From Pyrodictiaceae archaeon (GTDB lineage: Archaea; Thermoproteota; Thermoprotei_A; Sulfolobales; Pyrodictiaceae): DNA of 64,000 bases. Location: assembly GCA_027036135.1 (NCBI GenBank), contig JALVSY010000016.1, positions 96,001 to 160,000 on the forward strand, in the 5' to 3' direction. The position numbers were made by a program, and so were the translations under genes. Each line of letters opens with the position of its first letter. The first letter of the stretch is position 1. A model generated the notes under the pieces. The model was not told the origin of the DNA. It saw only the letters and a program-made list of their open reading frames with translations, and made no database searches. Positions 36,365 through 46,940 of this stretch are shown piece after piece.

Positions 36365-37549
36365 ATGAGCAGAGCGGTCCTCGTCTCACTTGTAGTTATA
36401 GTGGCTATAGTTGCTGGTCTCGTGGGCTACTACGCGGGTAAGGAAGGCACGAAGACTCAGACAATAACAGTGACTCCGGCTGGGACGCAAAAACCGAGCA
36501 CCGTAACTGTTACAATGACGCCTAAGCCCAAGAAGCTTAAAGTATATGTCTACAGCGACTTCATGGCGTGGGGCTCCGATCCTAAGTTATTCGACAAGCT
36601 GGTAAGGGATTTCGAGAAGGAGACAGGAATAAGCGTTGAGATACGTAAATTCGATGACGCCAGGACTATGGTTACGACCGCTATAGCTGAGTACAAGAAA
36701 GGAGTAAAGACAGCTGATATACTCATAGGCGTTGATAGCCTACTAGTAGCCGAGTTAAAGAATAACAATATGCTCCAGTGCTACTTATCGCCATTCGCTG
36801 ACCCTAAGCTAGCAGAGGCGCTTGACCCAGAGAAGTGCGTGACGCCCATAGACTATGGTCTTATCGCCCTTGTCTATGATCCTTCGAGGCTATCTAAGGA
36901 CGAGCTAGCAATGATAGAGAACGGTGTTACCCTCAGTGAGCTAGTCAAGCTAGCGCCCAGAATAGTGACAGAGGACCCAACTAAGAGTAGTCCTGGGCTA
37001 AACTTCCTACTCTACACAATAGCCCTAGCTAACAAGGCCGGGCTTGACTGGAAGACACTATGGAAGCAAATGAAGAATAACAAGCTACTCGTACTAGGCT
37101 CTTGGAGCGACGCATTCAACGAGTTCATGCGCAAGGGTAGTACCAGAGCCATAGTCGTGAGCTATGGTACTGATCCAGCATATAGCGCGTGGGAGAACCT
37201 CAGACACGGCAAGCCAATGAAGCCCAGCATTAATGCAACAGTACTAGTACTCAACGGCAAGAGGTATGGATGGGTACAGGTAGAGGGTGTTGCTATACTC
37301 AAGGGAGCAGACATGGATGCTGCCAAGAAGTTTGTTAACTGGCTACTAAGTATTGAGGTACAGAGCCTCATACCAGAGAATCAGTGGATGCTGCCAGCAA
37401 GGCCCGGGGTGTCTCTCCCAGTGTTCTATAAGTATGCATTGACCGAGAAGGATGTAGACGAGTTAGCAAACACTCTGCTACCGCCCCAGGAGATTTCAAA
37501 GAACCTAGAGAACTGGCTAACACAGTGGCTAAGCATCATGAGCAAGTAA
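36365..37549 (+). CDS. thiB: Thiamine ABC transporter substrate-binding protein
   Basis: N-terminal anchor plus VYVYSDF, DYG, DPTKSSPGLNFL, WSDAF, VSYGTDPAY, QVEG and NQWMLP motifs. Confidence 0.88.
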   Translation: MSRAVLVSLVVIVAIVAGLVGYYAGKEGTKTQTITVTPAGTQKPSTVTVTMTPKPKKLKVYVYSDFMAWGSDPKLFDKLVRDFEKETGISVEIRKFDDARTMVTTAIAEYKKGVKTADILIGVDSLLVAELKNNNMLQCYLSPFADPKLAEALDPEKCVTPIDYGLIALVYDPSRLSKDELAMIENGVTLSELVKLAPRIVTEDPTKSSPGLNFLLYTIALANKAGLDWKTLWKQMKNNKLLVLGSWSDAFNEFMRKGSTRAIVVSYGTDPAYSAWENLRHGKPMKPSINATVLVLNGKRYGWVQVEGVAILKGADMDAAKKFVNWLLSIEVQSLIPENQWMLPARPGVSLPVFYKYALTEKDVDELANTLLPPQEISKNLENWLTQWLSIMSK

Positions 37550-37605
37550 TGAGAGCAAGCAAATACATCGCCTAAATAATAGCCTAGCGGAGAATAATGA
37601 ACTAA

Positions 37606-38595
37606 TCATTGCGTTTTTCCCTCATGCTGCTCCTCCGTCCTCCTTACATGGCGCCGAGCATACCTCTTCATACTACGTGGTGGAGGCCTCGTTCTACGAG
37701 CCGGAACGAAGACTACCAGGGCACGGAGAACCTCGGGGACCTCGTGTACTAGTTTTCGCGCTATCCGCATCGACTCGCGATGAGCTGTTCCAAGAGTCAT
37801 GCCGGGTGGTGCTTCTAGCCATAGTTCTACCTCATAGAATGTACCGTAGCTCTCTATCTTGAGGCGCCTAACCCTGCTATACCTTGTTGCTTGCCTAACA
37901 GTGCTTAGTACTTTGGCTCGGATCTCCCTGTACACGTGATGCGGAGTAATACCTATGAGGTGATATACTGCTTCCTGGGCTATCCCTATCACACCATAGG
38001 ATACATAGATACCCATAATTATCGAGGCTATTTGTTCAACAAGGGTACTGCTTAGGAGATTAGACAAGACTATCGCAATGCCACCGGCTAGCTCTAGTAC
38101 AAAGTCCAGACTTAGCTTCTCAGCGATAGCACGGATACTTACTATTCTTAGCCCTACTTGGCTAAGCCCCCGCCTAGCTAGTTTCTCAAGCACAAGGCTA
38201 GTGGCACTACTCGTGAAGAGGTATAGTGAGTAAATCGCTGGAGTAATGCCCACGTGGCTACTAAGTAGGTTCCTTATTATCGCTAGCACTGTTACTACAA
38301 GGGCTATGAACGAGGTTATTAGGACGGCTAGCGACTCTATTCTTAGAACCTCGTACCTTGTGCGATAAATGAGGGCCCGTGACGCTGCTATCTTGAGGGC
38401 TACTGCTAACCCGCCAAACGACATAGCTTCTACAAGCCAGATTAATCCCTCCATTAGTATTACATCAGAGCCAGTAACCATATATAGGATTATGCCGACC
38501 AACGATAAAGCAAGAGAGACAAGCGATATAATGTACGTTGTTCTTACAGCCCTAGTAGCCGTCAATATCTTCCTCACAGCTATCCGTCTCACCAA
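37606..38595 (-). CDS. Cation diffusion facilitator-like membrane protein
   Basis: Six TM helices plus a C-terminal dimerisation-like domain (MTLGTAH). Metal ligands look degenerate. Confidence 0.7.
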   Translation of the reverse strand: MVRRIAVRKILTATRAVRTTYIISLVSLALSLVGIILYMVTGSDVILMEGLIWLVEAMSFGGLAVALKIAASRALIYRTRYEVLRIESLAVLITSFIALVVTVLAIIRNLLSSHVGITPAIYSLYLFTSSATSLVLEKLARRGLSQVGLRIVSIRAIAEKLSLDFVLELAGGIAIVLSNLLSSTLVEQIASIIMGIYVSYGVIGIAQEAVYHLIGITPHHVYREIRAKVLSTVRQATRYSRVRRLKIESYGTFYEVELWLEAPPGMTLGTAHRESMRIARKLVHEVPEVLRALVVFVPARRTRPPPRSMKRYARRHVRRTEEQHEGKTQ

Positions 38596-38831
38596 GGCCG
38601 CCTACCTCCTCAGCCATAGCGCCTGCTCGGATCAAATTGGCGCAAGGCAATAGACAGTAGGAGCATAGCGCTTATCCTTATTTGACCAGCTGCGAGCCTC
38701 TACCTCTTAGCCCAGGATGCTTGAAAATAGTGACTAATTAGCCTAGATTTACATAGCGCTAAGAGTAAAACCATGTTCTAGTAATGGGGCATGCAATCAT
38801 GCAGCTTCAAATGGTATTGATTAGTGCTGTT

Positions 38832-39614
38832 TCATTGCTGGGTGCTTGTCTCTGCTTGGCTGGGTAGCTTAACTCTTATTCGGACCTCTTCAAGGCCCTT
38901 ATCGGTTATCATGAATGGTACCCAGCCATAGGCTACGGGTACGCCGCGAGCCTTCTTGATCAGTATTTCTTTCACGGAGTAGCCTGCCTCCATGGCTGCT
39001 GAGTGGTACCTCGTAACTATGAACACGTCTACCATGTACTCCATCGTTGCGGCTATATCGGCGTATAACTGGGTGGGTGTATGCAGCGTAGCGAATACTG
39101 GCATGCCTCGTTTCTTCGCTATGAGTATTCTCAGCATATTGACAAAGTCATAGACCATGTTGGCGTCATGCCACTGGAAGAACGGGTTAAGACTGTCAAG
39201 AACAATGGCTCCCTTACCTCTTATACCCTTTGCATCTAGTACCCTTGTTATAGTGGATATTGCTGCGTGTATATCCAGGCTTCTGAGGCGATCAGCTATG
39301 GGTGCTTCTGTCTCGTAGCCATAGCGTCCACCATACCCATCTATAAAGACTAGTTTCCCTTCATTGACAAACCTTCTTGCCTCTATACCCTTGAACTCAA
39401 GTGACTCTATTATATCGGCCGGGTCATCGTCAAGTGCTAGGTATATGATGGGCTCGTCTCGGTTCAAGAGGCTTGCTGCTATTTGTTGGATTATATAGGT
39501 TTTTCCGGTTCCGCCCTCGCCTGCTAGGAGGACGAAGCTATTACGCCAAATACCTTTGGGGAGAAGCTTGTCTAGAAGGGGTATGTTAAATCTTATGAGC
39601 ATTTCTTCTCCCAA
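38832..39614 (-). CDS. KaiC/RAD55-family RecA-superfamily ATPase
   Basis: IPLLDKLL..G, GEGGTGKT, IVLDSL and KARG motifs. Confidence 0.88.
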   Translation of the reverse strand: MGEEMLIRFNIPLLDKLLPKGIWRNSFVLLAGEGGTGKTYIIQQIAASLLNRDEPIIYLALDDDPADIIESLEFKGIEARRFVNEGKLVFIDGYGGRYGYETEAPIADRLRSLDIHAAISTITRVLDAKGIRGKGAIVLDSLNPFFQWHDANMVYDFVNMLRILIAKKRGMPVFATLHTPTQLYADIAATMEYMVDVFIVTRYHSAAMEAGYSVKEILIKKARGVPVAYGWVPFMITDKGLEEVRIRVKLPSQAETSTQQ

Positions 39615-39752
39615 GGCGAGCTTCTACCACAGTTAATGTATTCCCTGCTAGAGTAAAAATATACATATTGGTTTAGACTAGGAATAGTACATAAATACGA
39701 CTCGAAGAAGACCATAGTATCTAGAGAATGTGCTTGAACCACATGTTCTCTG

Positions 39753-40427
39753 GTGCTGGTCTTGAAGTGGTTTAAGGAGAACGGGCCTGCTTATACTATT
39801 CTCCGTGTATTGCTTGAGCCCGGCGAAGAGGTATATGCCGAACCTGGTGCACTAATGCTGACGCGTGGAGACATAGATGTCAAGACGAGTAGCGGCGGTA
39901 TAGGGAAAGCGTTGGCAAGGAAGCTTCTCGGCGGCGAGAGCTTCTTCATTAATAGGTACCATGCTTTAAGCGAGGCTGAGATATGGTTCGTGCCATCAAC
40001 CCCAGGTGATATAGAGACTATAGAGATGAGCCACGATGAGTGGATAATCCAGGACACTAGTTACCTCGCTCATAGCGGCGATATAGATATCAGCGCTAAG
40101 TTTACCGGGCTGCGAGGCCTCATAGCGGAGGGTAGCTTGTTCTGGCTACGCGCTAGCGGCAGCGGCTTGCTATGGGTCTCAAGCTACGGGGCTATCCGGA
40201 GAGTAGAGGTAGGATCGGGAGAGAAACTCATCGTAGATAACTATCACTTCGTGGCAATGCCCGCTGACACGAACTATGTCGTGAAGAAGTTCGGCGGCCT
40301 TAAGACATTCCTATTCGGCGGCGAGGGCTTCGTCATAGAGGTTAGGGGCCCTGCAACAATCTATGTCCAGACCAGGATACTGCCACCGCTAGCGAAGCTA
40401 CTTAGTAGATACATCTCGAGAGACTAA
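39753..40427 (+). CDS. AIM24 (TIGR00266) family protein
   Basis: AEPGAL, GGESFF, VDNYHFVA, GGEG and GPATIYVQTR motifs. Confidence 0.9.
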   Translation: MLVLKWFKENGPAYTILRVLLEPGEEVYAEPGALMLTRGDIDVKTSSGGIGKALARKLLGGESFFINRYHALSEAEIWFVPSTPGDIETIEMSHDEWIIQDTSYLAHSGDIDISAKFTGLRGLIAEGSLFWLRASGSGLLWVSSYGAIRRVEVGSGEKLIVDNYHFVAMPADTNYVVKKFGGLKTFLFGGEGFVIEVRGPATIYVQTRILPPLAKLLSRYISRD

Positions 40428-40445
40428 GGACCAGGTGTCTCTCCT

Positions 40446-41426
40446 TCAGGGAGGTGTATGTCTCCAGAGAGATATCGGTGAAGGCTCTACAAGGCCTGGC
40501 CTATTTTTCCCTTCCCTAAGCCTTCTAAGCGCCCTCGATATTGGCTCTGCGTCAAACGCTATGGTTGTGTGAAGCGCTGCTAGGCCAACGTACTCGCCGA
40601 ATCTCCGGTGAAGCTCTGCATCAACAGCTTGTTCAGGGACACCGTAGGCCTCTGATGCTAGGCGCTTAAGCCACCTATCAAGGGGGAGTGCACCATAGTC
40701 CCGGCAAGCGAGGAGCCTCATCAGTGCCAGTGTATATTTTCCTACTCCTCTTACCTCTCTTGCCTCATCTATATCACTGCAACCTAGCTCATATATTCGC
40801 CTCCTAATTGCCTCCATTACTGTTCTGGCTCGGTACCCAAGCCCAGCCTTCCTCAAGAGGTCTAAGCTAAGGTTCTCGGGCAGGGGTGTCTCGAGGTATA
40901 CGCCCATACCCTTTGCTGCGAGCCTCCTAGATACTAGTCTGTGGAGGCGATAGAGCATACCCCATCCCTGCTTGAAGCTCGCGTTTTGCTGGCATACCGC
41001 TATGAGGAATGCCGCCCAGATACTGGTGCCACGGAGCCTTAGCCCGGGCATTGTCTCGGCCACACCGCCCACAAGGGGGTCGCCGCGGGCTCTTCTCCAG
41101 TAGTCTGTGAGGTCTTCCCATATGCCTAGGCGGTACTCGAGCTCGCCGAGCTTTTCTTCCCAGCAATTATTCCCGGGCTCGCTGAATACCTTGAGGCTTA
41201 GAACACCATTATCCTCCGAGAGTACTGCTATGGCTCCTCTACAGAGCTCTATTCTGTGAACGCTGCCGTCGTACATCCAGCCAAAGCTATACGTCATGGC
41301 TGTGTGGTGGAAGCTATATCCCTTATCTGTCTCCACGAGCGCCTCGTATACCGGCCCCAATAGCCTTACATCCTCCAAGACCTTGCTCCCACCTATGAGG
41401 CGGGCAACAACGCTTAAGTCTAGCAA
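40446..41426 (-). CDS. HhH-GPD DNA glycosylase (AlkA/OGG-like)
   Basis: CQQNAS, GLGYRA, RGVGKYT helix-hairpin-helix and PLDRW motifs. Confidence 0.8.
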   Translation of the reverse strand: MLDLSVVARLIGGSKVLEDVRLLGPVYEALVETDKGYSFHHTAMTYSFGWMYDGSVHRIELCRGAIAVLSEDNGVLSLKVFSEPGNNCWEEKLGELEYRLGIWEDLTDYWRRARGDPLVGGVAETMPGLRLRGTSIWAAFLIAVCQQNASFKQGWGMLYRLHRLVSRRLAAKGMGVYLETPLPENLSLDLLRKAGLGYRARTVMEAIRRRIYELGCSDIDEAREVRGVGKYTLALMRLLACRDYGALPLDRWLKRLASEAYGVPEQAVDAELHRRFGEYVGLAALHTTIAFDAEPISRALRRLREGKNRPGLVEPSPISLWRHTPP

Positions 41427-41567
41427 AGAAACGCCGAGGCTACGCAGTAGGCCCCTGGCTCTCTCCTAGATGGGTGGGAGCCCTGTGGCCCAGGATAACT
41501 CCCCACGTATTACGGTATTTAGGCCTTTACCACGAATGCCTCAAATGACGGGACTAGGAGGGTCACT

Positions 41568-42035
41568 ATGCCGAGTAACGCGGAGCTAGCAGCAATCTTA
41601 TCAGGGTTCCTGCCCGGTTATGAACCTAGGTACGCATACATAGTCCTTTCAAGACTACTCGGGAGCACACAAGCACTAGTTATTAGTATAGGTGAGGCAG
41701 TTCTATTAGCAGTCTTGCTCGGCCTTGTAGCCGAGGAGACATGGGAGCTATTGTTGCGCCTCTCTACGCGGATCAAGGCCCTAAGAATCCTTGTGAGACG
41801 CATAGTCTCGGCACAAGAGAAGGCAAGGAACCTAATAGAGCGTTACGGCGTAATTGGTCTCTCTCTCTTCGTAGCAGTTCCTCTCCCTGTCACCGGTATC
41901 TACACGGGCTCTGTAGTAGCTGTGCTACTTGGCCTTAATAAGCGGGCAGCGATACTCTCGCTCGTCCTTGGAGGAGTATCGTCCGTCCTTATAGTGGCTG
42001 TGCTAAGCGAGCTAGGTGGGAGAATAATTGGCTAG
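41568..42035 (+). CDS. COG2426 small multidrug-export-like membrane protein
   Basis: PxxExR N-terminus and GLSLFVAVPLPVTGIYTG. Confidence 0.85.
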   Translation: MPSNAELAAILSGFLPGYEPRYAYIVLSRLLGSTQALVISIGEAVLLAVLLGLVAEETWELLLRLSTRIKALRILVRRIVSAQEKARNLIERYGVIGLSLFVAVPLPVTGIYTGSVVAVLLGLNKRAAILSLVLGGVSSVLIVAVLSELGGRIIG

Positions 42036-43215
42036 GGCTCCGCTAGGCACTGTAAGGGTACGCGGCGAGGGAGCTAGGCTCGTTGAGAAGAAAGGAGCAC
42101 TAATGATTTACCGTAAGTGGGTTGAGGCCCGGGGCGTTGAGCACGGCGAGCTAGTTGTCGTGGAGAACGAGAGAGGAGAGACTATTGGTTGCGGCTTCTA
42201 TGACGAGGTGGGCCCGGTTGCGCTGAGGCTCGTTGAGACACTTGATTGCTCGTTCGCGTCACCTGAGGAGGCGCTCTATACCCTCTTGGAGAGAAGCTAT
42301 GATGCGAGGAGACGGGCTGGTCTCGTGGGTGCTGAGAAGGGGTATCGCCTAGTACATAGTGATGGCGATTATCTTCCGGGGCTCATAGTTGATGTCTACT
42401 CGGAGCTGGCTGTGACCCAGCTGAGTAGCGCTGTATGGGACAAGTACCGGGACCTCGTAACGAGGCTAGTAGTTGAGGTTACGGGTGCTCGCCATGTGTA
42501 CGAGAAGAGTGTGCAGCGTACCCGGCTAGACATAGGGCTTAAGCCCTTCGAGAAACTACTCTACGGCGACAAGACGACCACAGTTATACGGGAGGGCGAT
42601 TCAGTCTTCTTCGTAGATGCTAGGCATGGCCAGAAGACTGGGTTCTTCTTGGACCAGAGAATGAACAGACTAGATTTTGGGCGGCTCGCGAAGGGCCGTG
42701 TGCTTGACCTCTTTAGCTATACTGGTGGCTTTGGCATACATGCTCTTGTAGCAGGAGCCGAGAGAGCCGTCTTCGTGGAAGAGGACGAGAATGCGATAAG
42801 GATTCTCAGAAAGAACCTCGAAATAAACAGGGTAGCGGATCGCGCACAGATAGTTAATGAGAACGTGTGGGGCTTCCTGGGAAGAAAGCACGGAGAACTA
42901 TACGACGCCGTGGCTGTTGATCCGCCCGCCTTTATCCCGCACCCAGGAGCATATGTACAGGGCTCGAGGGCTTATAGGAAGCTCTATTCCAGAGCCCTTA
43001 GGCTGGCTAGTAGCGGTGGCCTAGTATTCCTAAGTAGCTGTAGTGCCCACTTACCGAGACAAGACTTCGCCTCAATCGTTGCCGAGGCATTCCAGTTAGC
43101 AGGCAAGGACTACCTGCCCCTCGGAGATATTAGAGGGATGCCACCGGATCACCCGGTTAGGCCCGTTGCGCCGCACTTATCGTACCTCAAGGCCTTCTTC
43201 GCCATAGCGTACTAG
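42028..43215 (+). CDS. rlmI: RlmI-like PUA-domain SAM-dependent rRNA methyltransferase
   Basis: HSDGDYLPGLIVD, GQKTGFFLDQR, LDLFSYTGGF, DPPAF, SSCS and YLK motifs. Confidence 0.9.
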   Translation: MARAPLGTVRVRGEGARLVEKKGALMIYRKWVEARGVEHGELVVVENERGETIGCGFYDEVGPVALRLVETLDCSFASPEEALYTLLERSYDARRRAGLVGAEKGYRLVHSDGDYLPGLIVDVYSELAVTQLSSAVWDKYRDLVTRLVVEVTGARHVYEKSVQRTRLDIGLKPFEKLLYGDKTTTVIREGDSVFFVDARHGQKTGFFLDQRMNRLDFGRLAKGRVLDLFSYTGGFGIHALVAGAERAVFVEEDENAIRILRKNLEINRVADRAQIVNENVWGFLGRKHGELYDAVAVDPPAFIPHPGAYVQGSRAYRKLYSRALRLASSGGLVFLSSCSAHLPRQDFASIVAEAFQLAGKDYLPLGDIRGMPPDHPVRPVAPHLSYLKAFFAIAY

Positions 43216-43272
43216 GGGATAGATGTCCTCCCGGAGGAGCAGGGGCGCTTATGTAGTATGACTCGTGGCTAG

Positions 43273-44868
43273 TTGTTCTCTGGGAGTAGGTGGCGAGTCC
43301 AATTGCCCCTCGTCATTAAGGATGTAGGCGAGGAAGTAGGTATTGTTCTTAGCAATGCTACCTCGTCTATAGCCCCAATAGCGCTTCGGCGCGACAAGGA
43401 GCTAGCTGTCCGTGAGGAAGACCTAGTGCTTATCGAGGACGCTAACATAGGGGAAGGCTACTACATGTTAGGCGTTGTTAGATGGCTAACTCGCTACGAG
43501 CCCTTCCTGCGCAGGAGTACCCATAACGTCTACATAGAGCACCCTGAGGCCCTAACCTCTGAAGTAGTCATGCCGTTCTCTAACGCTTTTGTGGAAATCT
43601 ATGGAGCGGTTTGTGATGGTTCAAGTATCTGTGGCGGCAGGGGCTTTGTGAGCAACGTTTACCCGCCTACCCCTGGGAGCAAGGTCTATAGAGTGGTTAA
43701 TGCCGAGCACTTATCCAGCTACTTGACGGTTTCATCACCCATTAGTGTTGGCGTGCACAAGTATAGTGGCTGGAGACTGCCCCTTGACTCTGCCTGGCTT
43801 AATTACCACGTAGGAGTCTTCGGCGCCACGGGTACTGGTAAGAGCAGACTAGTCCTACGACTCTTATCCGAGATAATCCGGGCAGGTTATAACCTAATAG
43901 TGTTCGACCACAATGGTGTGGACTATGCACCCTTCGCGCAGAGACTTGGAGGCGAGGTAATTGATGCTTCTAGTATACGCATTGAGCCGCGCATATTCTC
44001 TTCAATAGTAGCAAGGCTAGTTGATGTACAGGGTATGCAACGCGACGTTGTAGAAGTTGCAGCGCTCTGCTACTCTATGAAAGTCTATAGGGACAACGGG
44101 GACAAGTACAATAAGTACTCGCTAAACGAGTGCAACAACTTCATAGGTCCGCCACGCGGCGCGACACTGACAAAGAGACAAACAAACAATAGGGAGGAGA
44201 GGAGCCCCAAGGACGAGTTCCTCTACGTGCTTGAGCGTGCCACACGGTTCCTCTATACCCGTGGAAGCGATGCTGCTCTTGTAAAGCTCAGGCTCTTAAC
44301 AAGGCTAAACGTACCTAGCCGTGTATTTGATAAGCTCCGTGAACGCGTACTAGAGCCCGAGGACATAGTCGCCAGGGCTCTAGAAAAGCACCTAGTAATC
44401 ATTGATATGAGTATAGAGCAGGACATAGAGGTAAAGAGGGGGATAATCGCCTCCATTGCTGAGGCTGTGTGGGGCCATATAGCGCAGCGGGGGGAGGCCC
44501 GGATAGGCATAGTGGTTGACGAGGCGCAGAACTATGCCTGCGAATACTGCGGTGAGTCGGCAAAAGCTCTTGAGACCGTTGCGCGGGAGGGAAGGAAGTG
44601 GAAATACTTTCTTATAGTGGCTAGTCAGCGTGTTAGCCGCGACATAAGGCCAGGTATAAGGAGCAACCTAGGTACTGTGTTCTTCTCAAAGCTACAAGCA
44701 ACCGGTGATCTCCAAGAACTCTCAGGCTACCTAGACCTAGGAAGGGTGTCCGAAGCAAATCTCGCGATGCTTAGACGTAGAGAATTCTACGCAGCGGGTC
44801 TAATGAACCCGCTTAGGAGACCCATGCTACTAGTAGTAGATGATATTAGCTCTCTGGTATCGAAATAA
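43273..44868 (+). CDS. herA: Second HerA-family ATPase
   Basis: HAS-barrel-like N-terminus (PPTPGSKV), GATGTGKS, VVDEAQNY, REGRK and SQR motifs. Confidence 0.85.
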   Translation: MFSGSRWRVQLPLVIKDVGEEVGIVLSNATSSIAPIALRRDKELAVREEDLVLIEDANIGEGYYMLGVVRWLTRYEPFLRRSTHNVYIEHPEALTSEVVMPFSNAFVEIYGAVCDGSSICGGRGFVSNVYPPTPGSKVYRVVNAEHLSSYLTVSSPISVGVHKYSGWRLPLDSAWLNYHVGVFGATGTGKSRLVLRLLSEIIRAGYNLIVFDHNGVDYAPFAQRLGGEVIDASSIRIEPRIFSSIVARLVDVQGMQRDVVEVAALCYSMKVYRDNGDKYNKYSLNECNNFIGPPRGATLTKRQTNNREERSPKDEFLYVLERATRFLYTRGSDAALVKLRLLTRLNVPSRVFDKLRERVLEPEDIVARALEKHLVIIDMSIEQDIEVKRGIIASIAEAVWGHIAQRGEARIGIVVDEAQNYACEYCGESAKALETVAREGRKWKYFLIVASQRVSRDIRPGIRSNLGTVFFSKLQATGDLQELSGYLDLGRVSEANLAMLRRREFYAAGLMNPLRRPMLLVVDDISSLVSK

Positions 44869-44899
44869 AATGTGGCTTGAGTCCCTATAGCATGATAAT

Positions 44900-46174
44900 T
44901 TAGCGTTTTCTTCTTTCATAGATATACCTCTTCTCTGGATTAGTATGGCTCATTACGATTACGTGTTCTCCTCGGAGCCCTTCTTCTCGGAGCATATCAA
45001 CCAGGTGCTTGATTACTCTACGACGTACCAGTTCTAGCATGTATGACTCAAGTCTGACATAGCTATCTATGAGGTCTATTGGGTAAGGAAAACCTGTAGC
45101 TGGGTTTGTGAGCATGGATAGTATGGAGAGTATTCGCTCCATGCCGAGCCCACCGTAGTCTAATACCTCGACGCGAATGGCTTGCCGAGGGCCTTGGCGC
45201 GGTTTATAGAACGCTACCACTATATTGCCGTACTCTGGCCTCTTTTCTAACAGCTCCTTGACACCCTCTACATAGCCCTTTACGTTCTTTCCTCTCTTCT
45301 TCCTATCCTCGGCTATTATCTCGGCATACTTGGGCACGAGCTCTGAGAACCTTCCCAGCACCACATAGTTTCCGGGCTTAAGAACTATGCTCATCACTGC
45401 TTTATCGTTAAGGGGCAAGGACTCGCCATTGTTTAGGACTCTTAGGAGCCTAGAGTAGCTCCGCTTCACTACCCCAACAAGCGTTATTTTCTGTTCCCTA
45501 GCCCGCTCAAGGACACTTATAGTAGCCTTATCTAGTCTACTTAGCACCCTGCTCTTCTCGATGCTTTTCCAGGGCCGGAACAATAGCTTGTAGGGTACTA
45601 GCTCGCCGTCAAAGAGGATCATGCGTGGCCTTAGTTTTCCCTCAGCGTGTTTTCTCAGAACCCTCATAGCAATCTTTTTCTCGAGTATCTTAGCGTAGAG
45701 CGGTATACGATTCCTCATCTCCTCGTCATCCGCGAAGAGAATCTCGACAAGAGACTCTACTGGCTTCTCATCTCCTTGGGCTACGCCGCCATAGCCTATA
45801 TAGCCAGCGATGATAGCGGCTAAGTGTCCCCCGACAAGATCTACTCCCCCATCCATTGGGAAAGTAGAGTCAATAGCCACCCCTGGCAAAGGCTTATCAT
45901 AGCCAAGTACACCCCACTCAAGCTTATCAAGGATCTTCATCACTTTGTCAAAGTTGTCTCGGAACTCAATAATCCTCCCAGCAATTCTCTCAGCAAGCCT
46001 TCTGGTCTCCTCAAGCATACTTTGTACAGCGGGCGTAAACTCAACTAGCTCAGTCTCCTCATCTAGTAGTCCAAACCTACGAAGAATATCTTCCTCGCTC
46101 TCCATTACTACTCTTCCTCGTAATAACTGGGAACCCCCAGGCAAGGAATATGGTAACGTACTACCTTGTATCAC
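44900..46174 (-). CDS. nurA: NurA-family nuclease
   Basis: AIDS, ILFDGEL, GVVKRS, LNDK and GFPYP motifs. Convergent with herA. Confidence 0.82.
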   Translation of the reverse strand: MIQGSTLPYSLPGGSQLLRGRVVMESEEDILRRFGLLDEETELVEFTPAVQSMLEETRRLAERIAGRIIEFRDNFDKVMKILDKLEWGVLGYDKPLPGVAIDSTFPMDGGVDLVGGHLAAIIAGYIGYGGVAQGDEKPVESLVEILFADDEEMRNRIPLYAKILEKKIAMRVLRKHAEGKLRPRMILFDGELVPYKLLFRPWKSIEKSRVLSRLDKATISVLERAREQKITLVGVVKRSYSRLLRVLNNGESLPLNDKAVMSIVLKPGNYVVLGRFSELVPKYAEIIAEDRKKRGKNVKGYVEGVKELLEKRPEYGNIVVAFYKPRQGPRQAIRVEVLDYGGLGMERILSILSMLTNPATGFPYPIDLIDSYVRLESYMLELVRRRVIKHLVDMLREEGLRGEHVIVMSHTNPEKRYIYERRKR

Positions 46175-46314
46175 TTGCTATAGTAGGTGCAGCGTAAACT
46201 CGGTTGCTAGGTTTCACCGTCATAATACTACATTAGGTTTCGTAAGGACTACGAGTGTCCTTGATAATTTTTTAAGCTGGTATCTGTGAGTAGTGGCAAA
46301 GAGGGGGTATTGCG

Positions 46315-46488
46315 ATGGCCGGCGTACGTGACCCTGAGATAATGAAGATAGTGTACAACCGTGTACTCAACAAACTAGTCTGTAGGAAGTGTGGTGCGCT
46401 TAACCCTCCTGGTGCGAAGAAGTGTAGGCGCTGTAAGAGCAAGAACTTGAGACCCAAGAGAGCGTTCATAGGCATGAAGAAGGGCTAG
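46315..46488 (+). CDS. rpl40e: Ribosomal protein L40e (not in ORF track)
   Basis: MAGVRDPE...[27 protein letters not shown], 57 aa, with a GGGGGT RBS. Confidence 0.96.
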   Translation: MAGVRDPEIMKIVYNRVLNKLVCRKCGALNPPGAKKCRRCKSKNLRPKRAFIGMKKG

Positions 46489-46508
46489 TGCTTTTCTCTG
46501 AACCATTG

Positions 46509-46928
46509 TTATTCTTTCTCCTCTACCCTGCTTAGTATTCTCCTAGCTCCATCGAGGGCGTATAGGACTAGTTCTCTCAATTGTAGCGCGTTATCAACGC
46601 ATTCTGCTGGTACATCGTAGACGACTGTTAGGAAGCCATCATAGTCGAGGGCATACTTGTAGGTGGTGCTTGTGAAATTTTCGCGGAGTATGCTACCTAG
46701 TGCTTCCTGGTAAGGCTCAACATCTAGCGGTATCGCTATGCGGAGCGTCTTCGTATCTTGCTCCACGCTGAATACTATGCCTAGCCTACCATGTTTCGGA
46801 TCCTCGTACTCAGCTACTAGCATACCCTCCATTCTCCTATAGGTGAGACCGAGTGCTCTTATCATCGATTCTAGCTCTGAGAGGTCGGAAACCATTCCAC
46901 CAGCCCCTCTACATTCTAACCTAGTCAA
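46509..46928 (-). CDS. YbjN/secretion-chaperone-like domain protein
   Basis: LRENF...KYALDYDGFL pattern. Confidence 0.55.
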   Translation of the reverse strand: MTRLECRGAGGMVSDLSELESMIRALGLTYRRMEGMLVAEYEDPKHGRLGIVFSVEQDTKTLRIAIPLDVEPYQEALGSILRENFTSTTYKYALDYDGFLTVVYDVPAECVDNALQLRELVLYALDGARRILSRVEEKE

Positions 46929-46940
46929 GTTCTCCCAGGC

